61,587 nt of DNA. Origin: a virus. Its lineage: Duplodnaviria > Caudoviricetes. The DNA lies in the IMG/VR virus record IMGVR_UViG_3300043395_002060, positions 1 through 61,587 of that record, one strand, 5' to 3'. How positions within the stretch are numbered: the stretch's first letter is position 1; every line of letters begins with the position of its first letter. The translations under genes were made by a program, and so were the position numbers. The notes under the pieces are model-generated. The model was not told where the DNA came from. It saw only the letters and a list, made by a program, of their open reading frames with translations, and searched no databases. This document shows positions 44,900-53,638 of the stretch, piece by piece.

Positions 44900-47062
44900 T
44901 TATTTTTTAAGGAATAATTCGTTCAAAGTCTTTGTAATTGGAACGATATTTTCGATATCGATAAATCGGCTATCTTCACCATACATACGTTTGAATTTAC
45001 GTTTAGAGTTTTCACTATCGTAATCCGAAACGAAGTAAGCCATCATATTGATACCTTGCTCCTTCATTTTCTTAACCATTTTACGAGTGTGCTCAATAGC
45101 AACATCACCATAATAGTTAGTACCATCTTCACTAAAGTTAGGTTCACCATCACAAATGTTTAAGAAGTAAGAATCGATATCCTTTGTGGTTGGAACGAAG
45201 TGTTTCATAGTTGCTTCGTAACACAAACCTTCAGGCGTTGTACCATTAGCGTGAAGCGCTGGGAACAAACGTTTTACTTTATCGAACTTATCTACACGCG
45301 AATCATACGCCTGGCAGATGTAAGGTTTTCTACCCCAAATACCACGAATAGTTACCTGAACATTTAAGTTGGAAACCATCGAAGCTGCTTTACAAATAGC
45401 GATTGTAGTAGTTAATGCTCTATCCCAAGTTCTACCACTCATTGAACCACTACCATCTAAACTGATGTGTAAGTTAGCTTTCTTAAACTTATCAACATCT
45501 TTGGTGCTGAATACGTTTACATAATCATAACCAAGTCCGGCAATCAATCTACGGTCAATCTTACCACTTTTTTGACGAGGGTTATCGGTAACACGTTCTT
45601 CAGAACGAACAGCCAATCGTTTACCTAACAACGTACCTAATTGAATTCCCTTTCTTAAAGTTGCTTCATTGTAGTTAGAAAAACGAGCTTCTTCTTTACC
45701 CCAACCTCTCCACCAATCAGCGAATGGGAACGAAGGGTCTTTCATTAACTCTTCAGTCATTTTTTTAGAAACGATACATTGTGTACCACGTAAGAAACCC
45801 GAATCACCAATTTGCTCACCACCAACACTAACCATTTCAGTACCACTTTGCTCAACCGATTCAAGCATCTGGTCATCTTTCTTTGAGATAGCTTTCTTTT
45901 TGATTTTGTTATCAATGAAATCTTTTTGATTCTGAATCTTTTTGTTAAGTTGGCGTTTAACGTTATCAGATAATGATTGTTTAGCTTTACCTTCCGCATC
46001 ATCTTTATCACCATCAGCCGTAGCGTTATCATCATCAGATTCAGTACCACCCATAGTAGGTTGTTCTTTCATAGAACCACCACCCATCGATGGCGATTGT
46101 TCATCGTTGAAAGCATCACTATCAGCATCGTTTTGTTCTTGCTCACTACCACCCTGTCCTTCAGTTTGTTGTGGTTCACCGTCCTTATCTTCACCACCAC
46201 CTTGTCCGGCATCGGAAGGTGCTTGTGGAAGCGGGTCGATTGCTTTGGCGATAATCTCAGCGATTTGTTCAGCTACTAATAAACTATCAGAAGTTGATTT
46301 CAATCGGTTGATGTTTTTAAGGTCAATCAATGAATAAATCTTAACTAATCCTTTCAACTTTTTTAAATCAGTATTTGGGTTGGTAAGGTTGATAATACGG
46401 AACATATATGAAGCAATCGTTTCATCGGTATATTCATCCGAAACCAAACCTTTATCGATTACTTTATCATTGAAGTATTCATCGTATAAAGCACGATAGT
46501 AATCTCTATAACCTGGACACGTAGTGAAAATGAAATTATCAATACGTCTATCTTCTACATAGTTAGTAAGTGATTTAACTAAACCCCAAATCTCACCGCC
46601 AGCTGGATGATATCCTTTCGATTCAAATAAATCTCTCAAATATTGAGGAACTGAATACAAACTGAAAGTATCAAAGTTTGTTAGGTTAATGTGGGATGCT
46701 TCGTGCAATGCCAAACCAACAGCCACGTCGAATTTTTCTGGCTTAACTTCAGCCGATAATACAACGTGCTTACCATCGGTATAAGAATCACCTTTTTTGT
46801 AGAACTTAACCGGAATAGATTTGTTAGTAAGAATGTTTACGAAGTTAGCGATAGCTCTTCGATGAGCCGATAATCTTAACAACTCAACAGTTGAAGATTC
46901 TGAAGTAGATAACTTTTTTGTAACGAATTCACCTTTCGTATCATCGTAATACGATTCAGCGAACATGTCATCATCGTAATTACTCCATTCATCAGCCCAA
47001 AACGATGAAGCGTAACTAACTTTTGATTTTTTGTTGGAACTAAATTTAGATAGATAACTCAT
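44900..47062 (-). CDS. VWA-domain protein with N-terminal HExxH domain (CobT-like MoxR partner)
   Basis: LHEASH, VEDRRID, acidic linker, MIDAS DGSGS, TP and CDGEP. Confidence 0.88.
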   Translation of the reverse strand: MSYLSKFSSNKKSKVSYASSFWADEWSNYDDDMFAESYYDDTKGEFVTKKLSTSESSTVELLRLSAHRRAIANFVNILTNKSIPVKFYKKGDSYTDGKHVVLSAEVKPEKFDVAVGLALHEASHINLTNFDTFSLYSVPQYLRDLFESKGYHPAGGEIWGLVKSLTNYVEDRRIDNFIFTTCPGYRDYYRALYDEYFNDKVIDKGLVSDEYTDETIASYMFRIINLTNPNTDLKKLKGLVKIYSLIDLKNINRLKSTSDSLLVAEQIAEIIAKAIDPLPQAPSDAGQGGGEDKDGEPQQTEGQGGSEQEQNDADSDAFNDEQSPSMGGGSMKEQPTMGGTESDDDNATADGDKDDAEGKAKQSLSDNVKRQLNKKIQNQKDFIDNKIKKKAISKKDDQMLESVEQSGTEMVSVGGEQIGDSGFLRGTQCIVSKKMTEELMKDPSFPFADWWRGWGKEEARFSNYNEATLRKGIQLGTLLGKRLAVRSEERVTDNPRQKSGKIDRRLIAGLGYDYVNVFSTKDVDKFKKANLHISLDGSGSMSGRTWDRALTTTIAICKAASMVSNLNVQVTIRGIWGRKPYICQAYDSRVDKFDKVKRLFPALHANGTTPEGLCYEATMKHFVPTTKDIDSYFLNICDGEPNFSEDGTNYYGDVAIEHTRKMVKKMKEQGINMMAYFVSDYDSENSKRKFKRMYGEDSRFIDIENIVPITKTLNELFLKK

Positions 47063-47100
47063 ATATTACTCAATTTTGTTGTTTAACTCTCAATTACTCT

Positions 47101-47132
47101 GCAATATACGAAGAAATTTCGAGTTCGCCAAA
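47101..47132 (-). promoter_or_regulatory. Bacteroidota-type promoter
   Basis: TTTGG-N19-TATATTGC. Confidence 0.7.
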
Positions 47133-47180
47133 CAATTTGGTAATTATTTTTAAAATATTTTGTAAATAATTGAAAATCAA

Positions 47181-48371
47181 TCAATTATACATAATATTTT
47201 TTTTATATGTGTAATTCATTGATTTTGAATCAAATACATCTGTCATCCATTTTGATGTATAATTTTCTTTATCGTGTAATAATGATAATAACAATTGCTT
47301 ATTATGCTTTATTTTGGATTGAACTGAATCGGAATAGTAATAAGATTCATTTAGATTTGTAAAAAAATCATCATCCGATTCAAAATACATTTGAAATCCC
47401 AATTCTTTCAAAGCATTTTCATATAAATAATTTTTAGGTATTATATGAAATACGTTTTCGAATAAAATGGGAAATATGGTTTTGCCAGTTATAGATGAAA
47501 AATAATTAAAAACATCAAATTCATCATCAGATATTATTGGAGAACATGCTTCCGATATAATGTTAAACATAGATACTGAATGGGCTTTTATCAAATTTTC
47601 ACGCTGCTTTGCTTGGTCTTGAATATTGAAATTTTCAGAATCTAATATTTTTTGATATGTTTCAAAGAATTTTATATCGATATTGTTTTGTTCAATAAAT
47701 TTTATTTGTTGACTATGTTTATAAAATGGATTTAATTTTGATAATTTTTCCAAAGTCATTGGAATTTTACTATTAGCATCAAAATTGTGATAAGTTATTA
47801 AATTGGAATCAGAATTCAATAAATTAAATTCCCTTAATAACTGAATAACATAATCTTTATGAGGCGCTCTATTGTAAGTAAAGTATAATAATAATTTTTC
47901 TTTCTTATTTTTTTGCTTTATTTGTTCATTATTAATGAAGCAATTACTATAAGCATTTACAATAGTATTTTTTATAGGTACATATAATAATCTATCACTA
48001 TTAATGAATTTTTTCAGATATTGTTCGTATCCAAATGTGAAATTAGAAAATAAAACATATTTACCTTCATTTATCAATTTAACAACTAAATCTTTTATTT
48101 TAACACTAAACCAATGTTCACTATAAGCAAATATGATAAATTTATATGGCTTAAAATATTCAAATAGAAGGTCGCATAATTCATCTGTTGGTTCATTATA
48201 AAATGAATCATGCAATACAATACATTCATTATTCAAAAATGTTATACCATTAAATGTATTTGATAATCGATAATGAGCTTCTAAATACTCTGTATTATAA
48301 TGTGAAATCATCTGTTGCCGTAAATCCTTTAGCTTTTGGAACTGAATTTGTTTGTGGCTTATTACCAACAA
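47181..48371 (-). CDS. GT10-like putative glycosyltransferase (start uncertain)
   Basis: FNIISEA...ITGKTIFPI. Confidence 0.5.
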   Translation of the reverse strand: MLVISHKQIQFQKLKDLRQQMISHYNTEYLEAHYRLSNTFNGITFLNNECIVLHDSFYNEPTDELCDLLFEYFKPYKFIIFAYSEHWFSVKIKDLVVKLINEGKYVLFSNFTFGYEQYLKKFINSDRLLYVPIKNTIVNAYSNCFINNEQIKQKNKKEKLLLYFTYNRAPHKDYVIQLLREFNLLNSDSNLITYHNFDANSKIPMTLEKLSKLNPFYKHSQQIKFIEQNNIDIKFFETYQKILDSENFNIQDQAKQRENLIKAHSVSMFNIISEACSPIISDDEFDVFNYFSSITGKTIFPILFENVFHIIPKNYLYENALKELGFQMYFESDDDFFTNLNESYYYSDSVQSKIKHNKQLLLSLLHDKENYTSKWMTDVFDSKSMNYTYKKNIMYN

Positions 48372-48461
48372 CTGTAATCTTCGTTTGTGGTTGCTGATTA
48401 TTTTCTAATAGATTTTTAATATCTGTAAGCAAATTTATTAATTGTTGAAATTGTTCGTTTG

Positions 48462-49505
48462 TCATAATATATTGTATTCTTTGAATAGATTTTTATTCAA
48501 TATTTTTTTAATTACTTCAAAGTTATTTGTAGGAATTATTTCATTTGAATTATAGCATTCAAATATAGATTCCATAACACATTCCGGTGTATATTCTGTT
48601 ATATATTTTGAATTTGAAAACCAAAATCCAGCTTCATGCAATTCTTTTATATGCATTGGTGATGTTATCAATATCGTATTTGTATTGAATATTTCCATAA
48701 ATGCACCCTTCATTATTTTTTCAGAAGTAAAATATGGTAAATCAAAAAACAAAGGAGCCATAGGGTTTTCATTTCTTCTATTGAAATGCGTTTCAGCTGT
48801 TATGAAATAATTGCAATTTGCAAAATCAAATGGTAAAGCTAAATGCTGATTTCTATATAATTGGGATAATTGAAACATACCTTGCGTTTTATAAGATAAA
48901 ATTAAGGCATCTTGCTTTGTTGAAAAAAAATCAATATATCCGTTTCTCCAATGCCTATCTTCATTTTTTAATTTAGATGATGTTACACCATACATCCCAA
49001 CTTTATAATCTTTTCTAAATGTATCTTTTATCAGATTATCGTAATGTATGTAGCACAATCCATTAAAATAATTAAAATAATGAATTGAAAAATCCATACT
49101 ATAATTGTAATTTGAAAATTCCAAAAATTCTTTTATCCATGTGGAACTATACACACTTACGCCGGATTGCATTAATCTTTCCCAAATTTTATTGGTACTA
49201 TGCATGGCTTCACCAAAATACCAAAAAACAAAATATTTTTTAGATGGGTTTAGATTTTCAAAAAAATTATCTAAATAGGAAAATGAATTATTACTATCTT
49301 GTAAAAGTAATTCAAATATATTTAATTCGATGATATCGTATTTATCATCATCATTCCGATTGGAATTTCTATCGTATATAAAAATATGGTCTTTGGTTTT
49401 AAACCACCAAAGACCATTATTTAAACTATCGGTTTCAATTATTTCATCCTTAAAGCAACCTTCAGCTATGAAATATGTGAATTCCAATGCTAATTTTATA
49501 ACCAT
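48462..49505 (-). CDS. GT10-like putative glycosyltransferase
   Basis: FITAET...YFTSEKIMKG. Confidence 0.5.
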   Translation of the reverse strand: MVIKLALEFTYFIAEGCFKDEIIETDSLNNGLWWFKTKDHIFIYDRNSNRNDDDKYDIIELNIFELLLQDSNNSFSYLDNFFENLNPSKKYFVFWYFGEAMHSTNKIWERLMQSGVSVYSSTWIKEFLEFSNYNYSMDFSIHYFNYFNGLCYIHYDNLIKDTFRKDYKVGMYGVTSSKLKNEDRHWRNGYIDFFSTKQDALILSYKTQGMFQLSQLYRNQHLALPFDFANCNYFITAETHFNRRNENPMAPLFFDLPYFTSEKIMKGAFMEIFNTNTILITSPMHIKELHEAGFWFSNSKYITEYTPECVMESIFECYNSNEIIPTNNFEVIKKILNKNLFKEYNIL

Positions 49506-49518
49506 AATTTAGCTAATT

Positions 49519-49707
49519 TTATTCAGCTGGAGATGTTTCTGATGTAGCATCATCAACTATCCAATTGTCAGGTCTTGCTTCATATTTGTTTTCGGTGTTA
49601 TTTTCTAACAACCAAGCAATAGCTTCATCGTGTGATAAACCCGTCATTCCTTCAATTGCCAAATCAGCATCAACTGTTAAGTCTACGATACAATATTTTT
49701 TTTCCAT
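49519..49707 (-). CDS. hypothetical protein
   Basis: 62-aa ORF with ATATTTAT motif upstream. Confidence 0.55.
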   Translation of the reverse strand: MEKKYCIVDLTVDADLAIEGMTGLSHDEAIAWLLENNTENKYEARPDNWIVDDATSETSPAE

Positions 49708-49757
49708 AATAATGTTTTTTTAGTTTATTAATCAATGATAAATATCAAATTTAAAAT

Positions 49758-49964
49758 TTAAAACTCATTTTCAGTATGAACATTATTATCATCCCATGCA
49801 TCTCTACCGGCTGATTTTGTTACTTCATTGTTTTCCCAATTTAAAAAATCCTCACCTTTGTAATCGGGATGATTTTTTTGCATATAATCAATACCTTCAA
49901 CCCATCTCCAAGCTATTAAGCCAGAAAATAGTATAATGATTCCAATAACCAATAGTTGCTCCAT
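49758..49964 (-). CDS. small single-TM protein
   Basis: hydrophobic N-terminus. Confidence 0.6.
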   Translation of the reverse strand: MEQLLVIGIIILFSGLIAWRWVEGIDYMQKNHPDYKGEDFLNWENNEVTKSAGRDAWDDNNVHTENEF

Positions 49965-49981
49965 ATGTTTGTTTTTTTAGT

Positions 49982-50605
49982 TTAGTCCCACCAACCTCTC
50001 ATATCAGAACCATTGAACCACTCATCCCACGCACTATTTTGTTCTTCTTTAGGTAAAGTTTTTAAATGCTTTTTGAAATCCAAATGTGATTGACCTTTGA
50101 AGATATTCCACAACTCTCTCCATTCTTTATCATCTATAACAGATGCTAATTTGAATACCTTTGTGTTATGTGCTCTCTCTTCTTTGGTTTCATTCTCAAC
50201 CATTCTATATAAACCATCTTCGGTTGGTTCAAAATCAAATGGTTTTAAATATAATTGCCCCAACTCAAGTTCAGCTTGTGCTATATAATTATCATCCAAA
50301 CGATTATCAATAAGTTTAATTGCTCTACGAATCTTATTCAACTTTTTAGTTCTACCGATTGGTTCTTCGATTCCTTTCTTTTGTAAATTCTTCTCCATAA
50401 TAATAAGAGAACGTCTTAACATTTCTAATGTATAACGATAATCCCACCATTGATGCGAATACAACTCTTTGCGGAAACGCCAAATGTTACCAATGAAGTT
50501 TGGAATACCTCGTCTAATGAAATTCCACACTTTCCATAATTTAGTATCATACCAAACTAATCTTTCTACACTTTCAAAAAATGTATCTTTAAATTTTACA
50601 TCCAT
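49982..50605 (-). CDS. conserved phage hypothetical protein
   Basis: 207-aa ORF ending GWWD. Confidence 0.7.
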   Translation of the reverse strand: MDVKFKDTFFESVERLVWYDTKLWKVWNFIRRGIPNFIGNIWRFRKELYSHQWWDYRYTLEMLRRSLIIMEKNLQKKGIEEPIGRTKKLNKIRRAIKLIDNRLDDNYIAQAELELGQLYLKPFDFEPTEDGLYRMVENETKEERAHNTKVFKLASVIDDKEWRELWNIFKGQSHLDFKKHLKTLPKEEQNSAWDEWFNGSDMRGWWD

Positions 50606-50778
50606 AATTTTAATGTTTTGAACGGCCTCTACCTAATTTTTCTAAATCGGAATAAGAGCCACTGCTTTTTGTTTTTTTAATAAATTTACCCGTTGTTTCA
50701 TTATAAGTTGGCGCTGTGATGAATTCATATATAATCCATATCCACAATATTGCCAATGTGATAATTACTATTTTCATA

Positions 50779-51258
50779 TTAATCCTTTTTCATTATTCGA
50801 TATCTACGATGTCTTTCTTCTTCACTCATATGATTATCATATGTGTGCCCAATATTAACTTTTATACACAATTCTGGCAATTTTTGGTTTCTAAAATAAT
50901 TGTTTATATAACCTATAATATTTGCCGAACCAATTGGATTAGCTGAATGAACGTAGATTTGTGGTAATGGAATGCTTTTAGCTATTGATTCAGACACCAA
51001 CCATTTAGCACAATCGTATCCCGTCTTTTCCTCTATTCTTTTATAATCCAATTCAAAGTTTGGTTTTGTATTGGTATAATATTCAATCATAGCACTTTCA
51101 CCTAAATCGTGGTCTAATGAAATTACTTCATAATTTTCTAAACCATTTAATCTAATATGTGCTACAAATTCATCATAATTTTTAACAACTTCCCATTCTC
51201 CTTCTGTTGGTATTCGTACATCATCTAAATACAAATACATTTTTTTATTTCTATTCAT
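50779..51258 (-). CDS. cyclic-phosphate-processing Receiver-like domain protein
   Basis: LYLDDVR, ISLDHDLG, TGYDCAKWL, VHSANPIG. Confidence 0.8.
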   Translation of the reverse strand: MNRNKKMYLYLDDVRIPTEGEWEVVKNYDEFVAHIRLNGLENYEVISLDHDLGESAMIEYYTNTKPNFELDYKRIEEKTGYDCAKWLVSESIAKSIPLPQIYVHSANPIGSANIIGYINNYFRNQKLPELCIKVNIGHTYDNHMSEEERHRRYRIMKKD

Positions 51259-52033
51259 CTATAAAATCTATTAATTCTCTATGTAAAAAATCATAATCAA
51301 ATGTGATTGGTTTGTTTATTGGGTCATAACTTAAATCACACGTACATCCATTAAAAGCGTATCCCCATTTTGTTGGTTTATATCCATAACCTTCGTGAAT
51401 GTGACCCGAAAAGTGTAATTGAGGATTAATATCATTTAACCTGTGATATAAATCAGCACATCCTACATTTTCATGTGTTCTCATAGTTTTATCACAATAC
51501 CCATAAATTGGTCCGTGAGTAACTACAATATCGGTATCTTCGGGTATCTGATTCCACATTTGAACCGAATCATTTCCCCTATCTACATTGAATGCCCAAT
51601 TATATCCAAAGGTTGCAGAATAAGGTGAACCCCAAATCTTAATATCCTCTAACATCACATAAGAGTTTTCCAAATAGAATACGTTTGGGTTTAAACTATC
51701 TAATAATTCATTTAACCATTCCGGCTTACCTTCCGATGGTATATGTTCTAATCCCTCGGTTTCCCATACTGAACGTCTACCATCAAAATAATCAATTTTA
51801 TTTTGCATCAAAAATTCGGATTCAAAACTCATATCGTGATTTCCGGCAATGAAAATCTTATACATATAGTTATCAATTCCATTAAACCATTTAATGAAAT
51901 CGGTTACTTCAGATTTTCTACCCAATGAAGATATATCACCGGAGTGAATAAGGATATCTCCGCCTGGCAATCTACCATTCAATTTTTTGTGTTTGTTGTG
52001 GGTATCACTAATATGTGTGATTCTCATTTTCAT
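51251..52033 (-). CDS. calcineurin-like metallophosphoesterase
   Basis: SDTH, HSGD, AGNHD, THGP, SGHIHE. Confidence 0.92.
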   Translation of the reverse strand: MKMRITHISDTHNKHKKLNGRLPGGDILIHSGDISSLGRKSEVTDFIKWFNGIDNYMYKIFIAGNHDMSFESEFLMQNKIDYFDGRRSVWETEGLEHIPSEGKPEWLNELLDSLNPNVFYLENSYVMLEDIKIWGSPYSATFGYNWAFNVDRGNDSVQMWNQIPEDTDIVVTHGPIYGYCDKTMRTHENVGCADLYHRLNDINPQLHFSGHIHEGYGYKPTKWGYAFNGCTCDLSYDPINKPITFDYDFLHRELIDFIDE

Positions 52034-52319
52034 AACCTTCTTCTTTTTGTCCTACCAATTGATATGCATCATAAGTTGCTTCGATAGCAGTTTCTATTGC
52101 TTTATATATTTCTTCATCATATTCTGATAATGGATGTTCCAAACAATGCTCATGCAATGTAGATGCTAAAACATATAACCTATCCATCAATTCCAAATAA
52201 TGGCCCGGATTAATTTCGGATTTAGATACCACTTGATTTTTCTTTATGAGTTTGAATATATTTTTTATAATCGATTTGCCTAACAGCCCCATCGTTTTCA
52301 GGAGTGCCATCGGAATCAT
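52008..52319 (-). CDS. hypothetical protein (true start probably internal)
   Basis: C-terminal HYLELMDR...AYQ region is coding-like. Confidence 0.5.
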   Translation of the reverse strand: MIPMALLKTMGLLGKSIIKNIFKLIKKNQVVSKSEINPGHYLELMDRLYVLASTLHEHCLEHPLSEYDEEIYKAIETAIEATYDAYQLVGQKEEGYENENHTY

Positions 52320-52497
52320 CTATTAATATGGATATATTACCATCCATCTTAACACCGATTCCATAAAATCCAAAACCTTCACAAATCATTGGTTTAAAAT
52401 GTCCTTTTGGAATCGTTGAAGCAATTTCTTCAATATCGAAATCCCAAGGGAACTCCGGGTCATATATTTCTGCCCATTGTTTACTGAACTCTGCCAT
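52222..52497 (-). CDS. hypothetical protein
   Basis: MAEFSKQ...ICEGFG; below promoter 52516-52547. Confidence 0.6.
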   Translation of the reverse strand: MAEFSKQWAEIYDPEFPWDFDIEEIASTIPKGHFKPMICEGFGFYGIGVKMDGNISILIDDSDGTPENDGAVRQIDYKKYIQTHKEKSSGI

Positions 52498-52515
52498 AAT
52501 ATTCGTATTTATCCG

Positions 52516-52547
52516 TAAATATACGAAAAATTATCCGTATTTCCAAA
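52516..52547 (-). promoter_or_regulatory. Bacteroidota-type promoter
   Basis: TTTGG-N19-TATATTTA. Confidence 0.7.
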
Positions 52548-52572
52548 TAAAAAAACCCATAAATTATGGGTT

Positions 52573-52671
52573 TTAGGTTTTTTTCTTAAAAATCCCACGC
52601 TTTTGTTGTTCTTTGCGTGTTTTCTTCGCAATTCTCTTACGATTTTTGTTTATTCTTTCTCTGTTTGTCAT
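52573..52671 (-). CDS. 32-aa highly basic peptide (not in ORF track)
   Basis: MTNRERINKNRKRIAKKTRKEQQKRGIFKKKT between ATACTTAT motif and a terminator hairpin. Confidence 0.5.
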   Translation of the reverse strand: MTNRERINKNRKRIAKKTRKEQQKRGIFKKKT

Positions 52672-52699
52672 AGTAAATTAGTTTATTATCTATAAGTAT

Positions 52700-53377
52700 T
52701 TACTTATAAAAATAACTAATGCCAGACCATTTATTTTCTACAATATCTTTTATTTCAATTCTTTTACCATTGGTATATTTACCTGCTCTAATTTCAGCTA
52801 TCAATTGTGGAACTCCCATATTATCTTCTGAAAGTGCTGTATCGTGAAATCCAACAATTCCACCCGGCTTTACTAATGGATAATATAATAAAAAATCACA
52901 TAATACTGATTCATACGAATGATTACCATCTATGAATAAGAAGTCAATTTCTGAAACTTTTGAATATACATCTGCTATGTTTTTTTCATCATTTGAATAT
53001 CCAACAAAGAATTGAGAACGACCATCATCCAATGTCCAATCACCATAAAACTTTTTCATATTACGGCCAAACTCCCTAATCCTTTCAAAGTTTTTTTCTA
53101 TGGTAATAACTTTATCATATATTTGTCTCCAAAGAAAATGCGTACTACCGAAAAATCCTAATCCGATTTCTAAACATATTTTAGTATCGGATTTAAGTAA
53201 TACATCTATAAATTTAGATAACTCTTCTTTGTTTTGTTGAATACCAACTTCTTCATTTAAGAAATTATTGTGTACTGCATAATATGGATTAAAATCTATT
53301 GGAACATATCCACCATTTCCTTTATCGGAAACCCAATCATCCAATTGAAACAATATTTTTTCGGCTGTCTTATTCAT
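52700..53377 (-). CDS. class I SAM-dependent methyltransferase (Methyltransf_24-like)
   Basis: LEIGLGFFGS, FIDGNHSYE, KPGGIVGFHD. Confidence 0.9.
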   Translation of the reverse strand: MNKTAEKILFQLDDWVSDKGNGGYVPIDFNPYYAVHNNFLNEEVGIQQNKEELSKFIDVLLKSDTKICLEIGLGFFGSTHFLWRQIYDKVITIEKNFERIREFGRNMKKFYGDWTLDDGRSQFFVGYSNDEKNIADVYSKVSEIDFLFIDGNHSYESVLCDFLLYYPLVKPGGIVGFHDTALSEDNMGVPQLIAEIRAGKYTNGKRIEIKDIVENKWSGISYFYK

Positions 53378-53395
53378 TAACTGATTAAATTAAAA

Positions 53396-53548
53396 TGGCT
53401 GTAGCGGAGGGATTCGAACCACTCAAATGGAGATTCAGTTAGTAACACATTCCGGCCGGAAAGGTGGTCTACCCCTATATCACTAACCTATTTCTTTATC
53501 CACACCCCCGAGACAGGAGGGCACGTCTGCCAATTTCGTCACACTACA
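53396..53548 (-). ncRNA. 153-nt tRNA-like RNA with greatly expanded variable region and encoded CCA
   Basis: TGTAGTG/CGCTACA-G-CCA acceptor, D arm, CCCTC-CTGTCTC-GGGGG arm, TTCGAAT T loop. Confidence 0.75.
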
Positions 53549-53553
53549 ATGTG

Positions 53554-53638
53554 CAGAGAGTGAGGGATTCGAACCCCCGTTACCTTTCAGTAAAACAGTT
53601 TTCAAGACTGCCGCCATCAACCTCTCGGCCAACTCTCT
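53554..53638 (-). tRNA. tRNA-Ser(TGA)
   Basis: cloverleaf with long variable arm; GCAGT-CTTGAAA-ACTGT. Confidence 0.92.

Noticed and set aside
44286-53503. Other perfect DnaA boxes (about 44286 and 53495)
   Set aside because: Inside a CDS and an ncRNA; isolated 9-mers are expected by chance in AT-rich DNA
53396-53548. tmRNA or intron-containing tRNA-Asp
   Set aside because: Too short, no tag ORF or Ala acceptor, and the insert lies in the variable region without group I features
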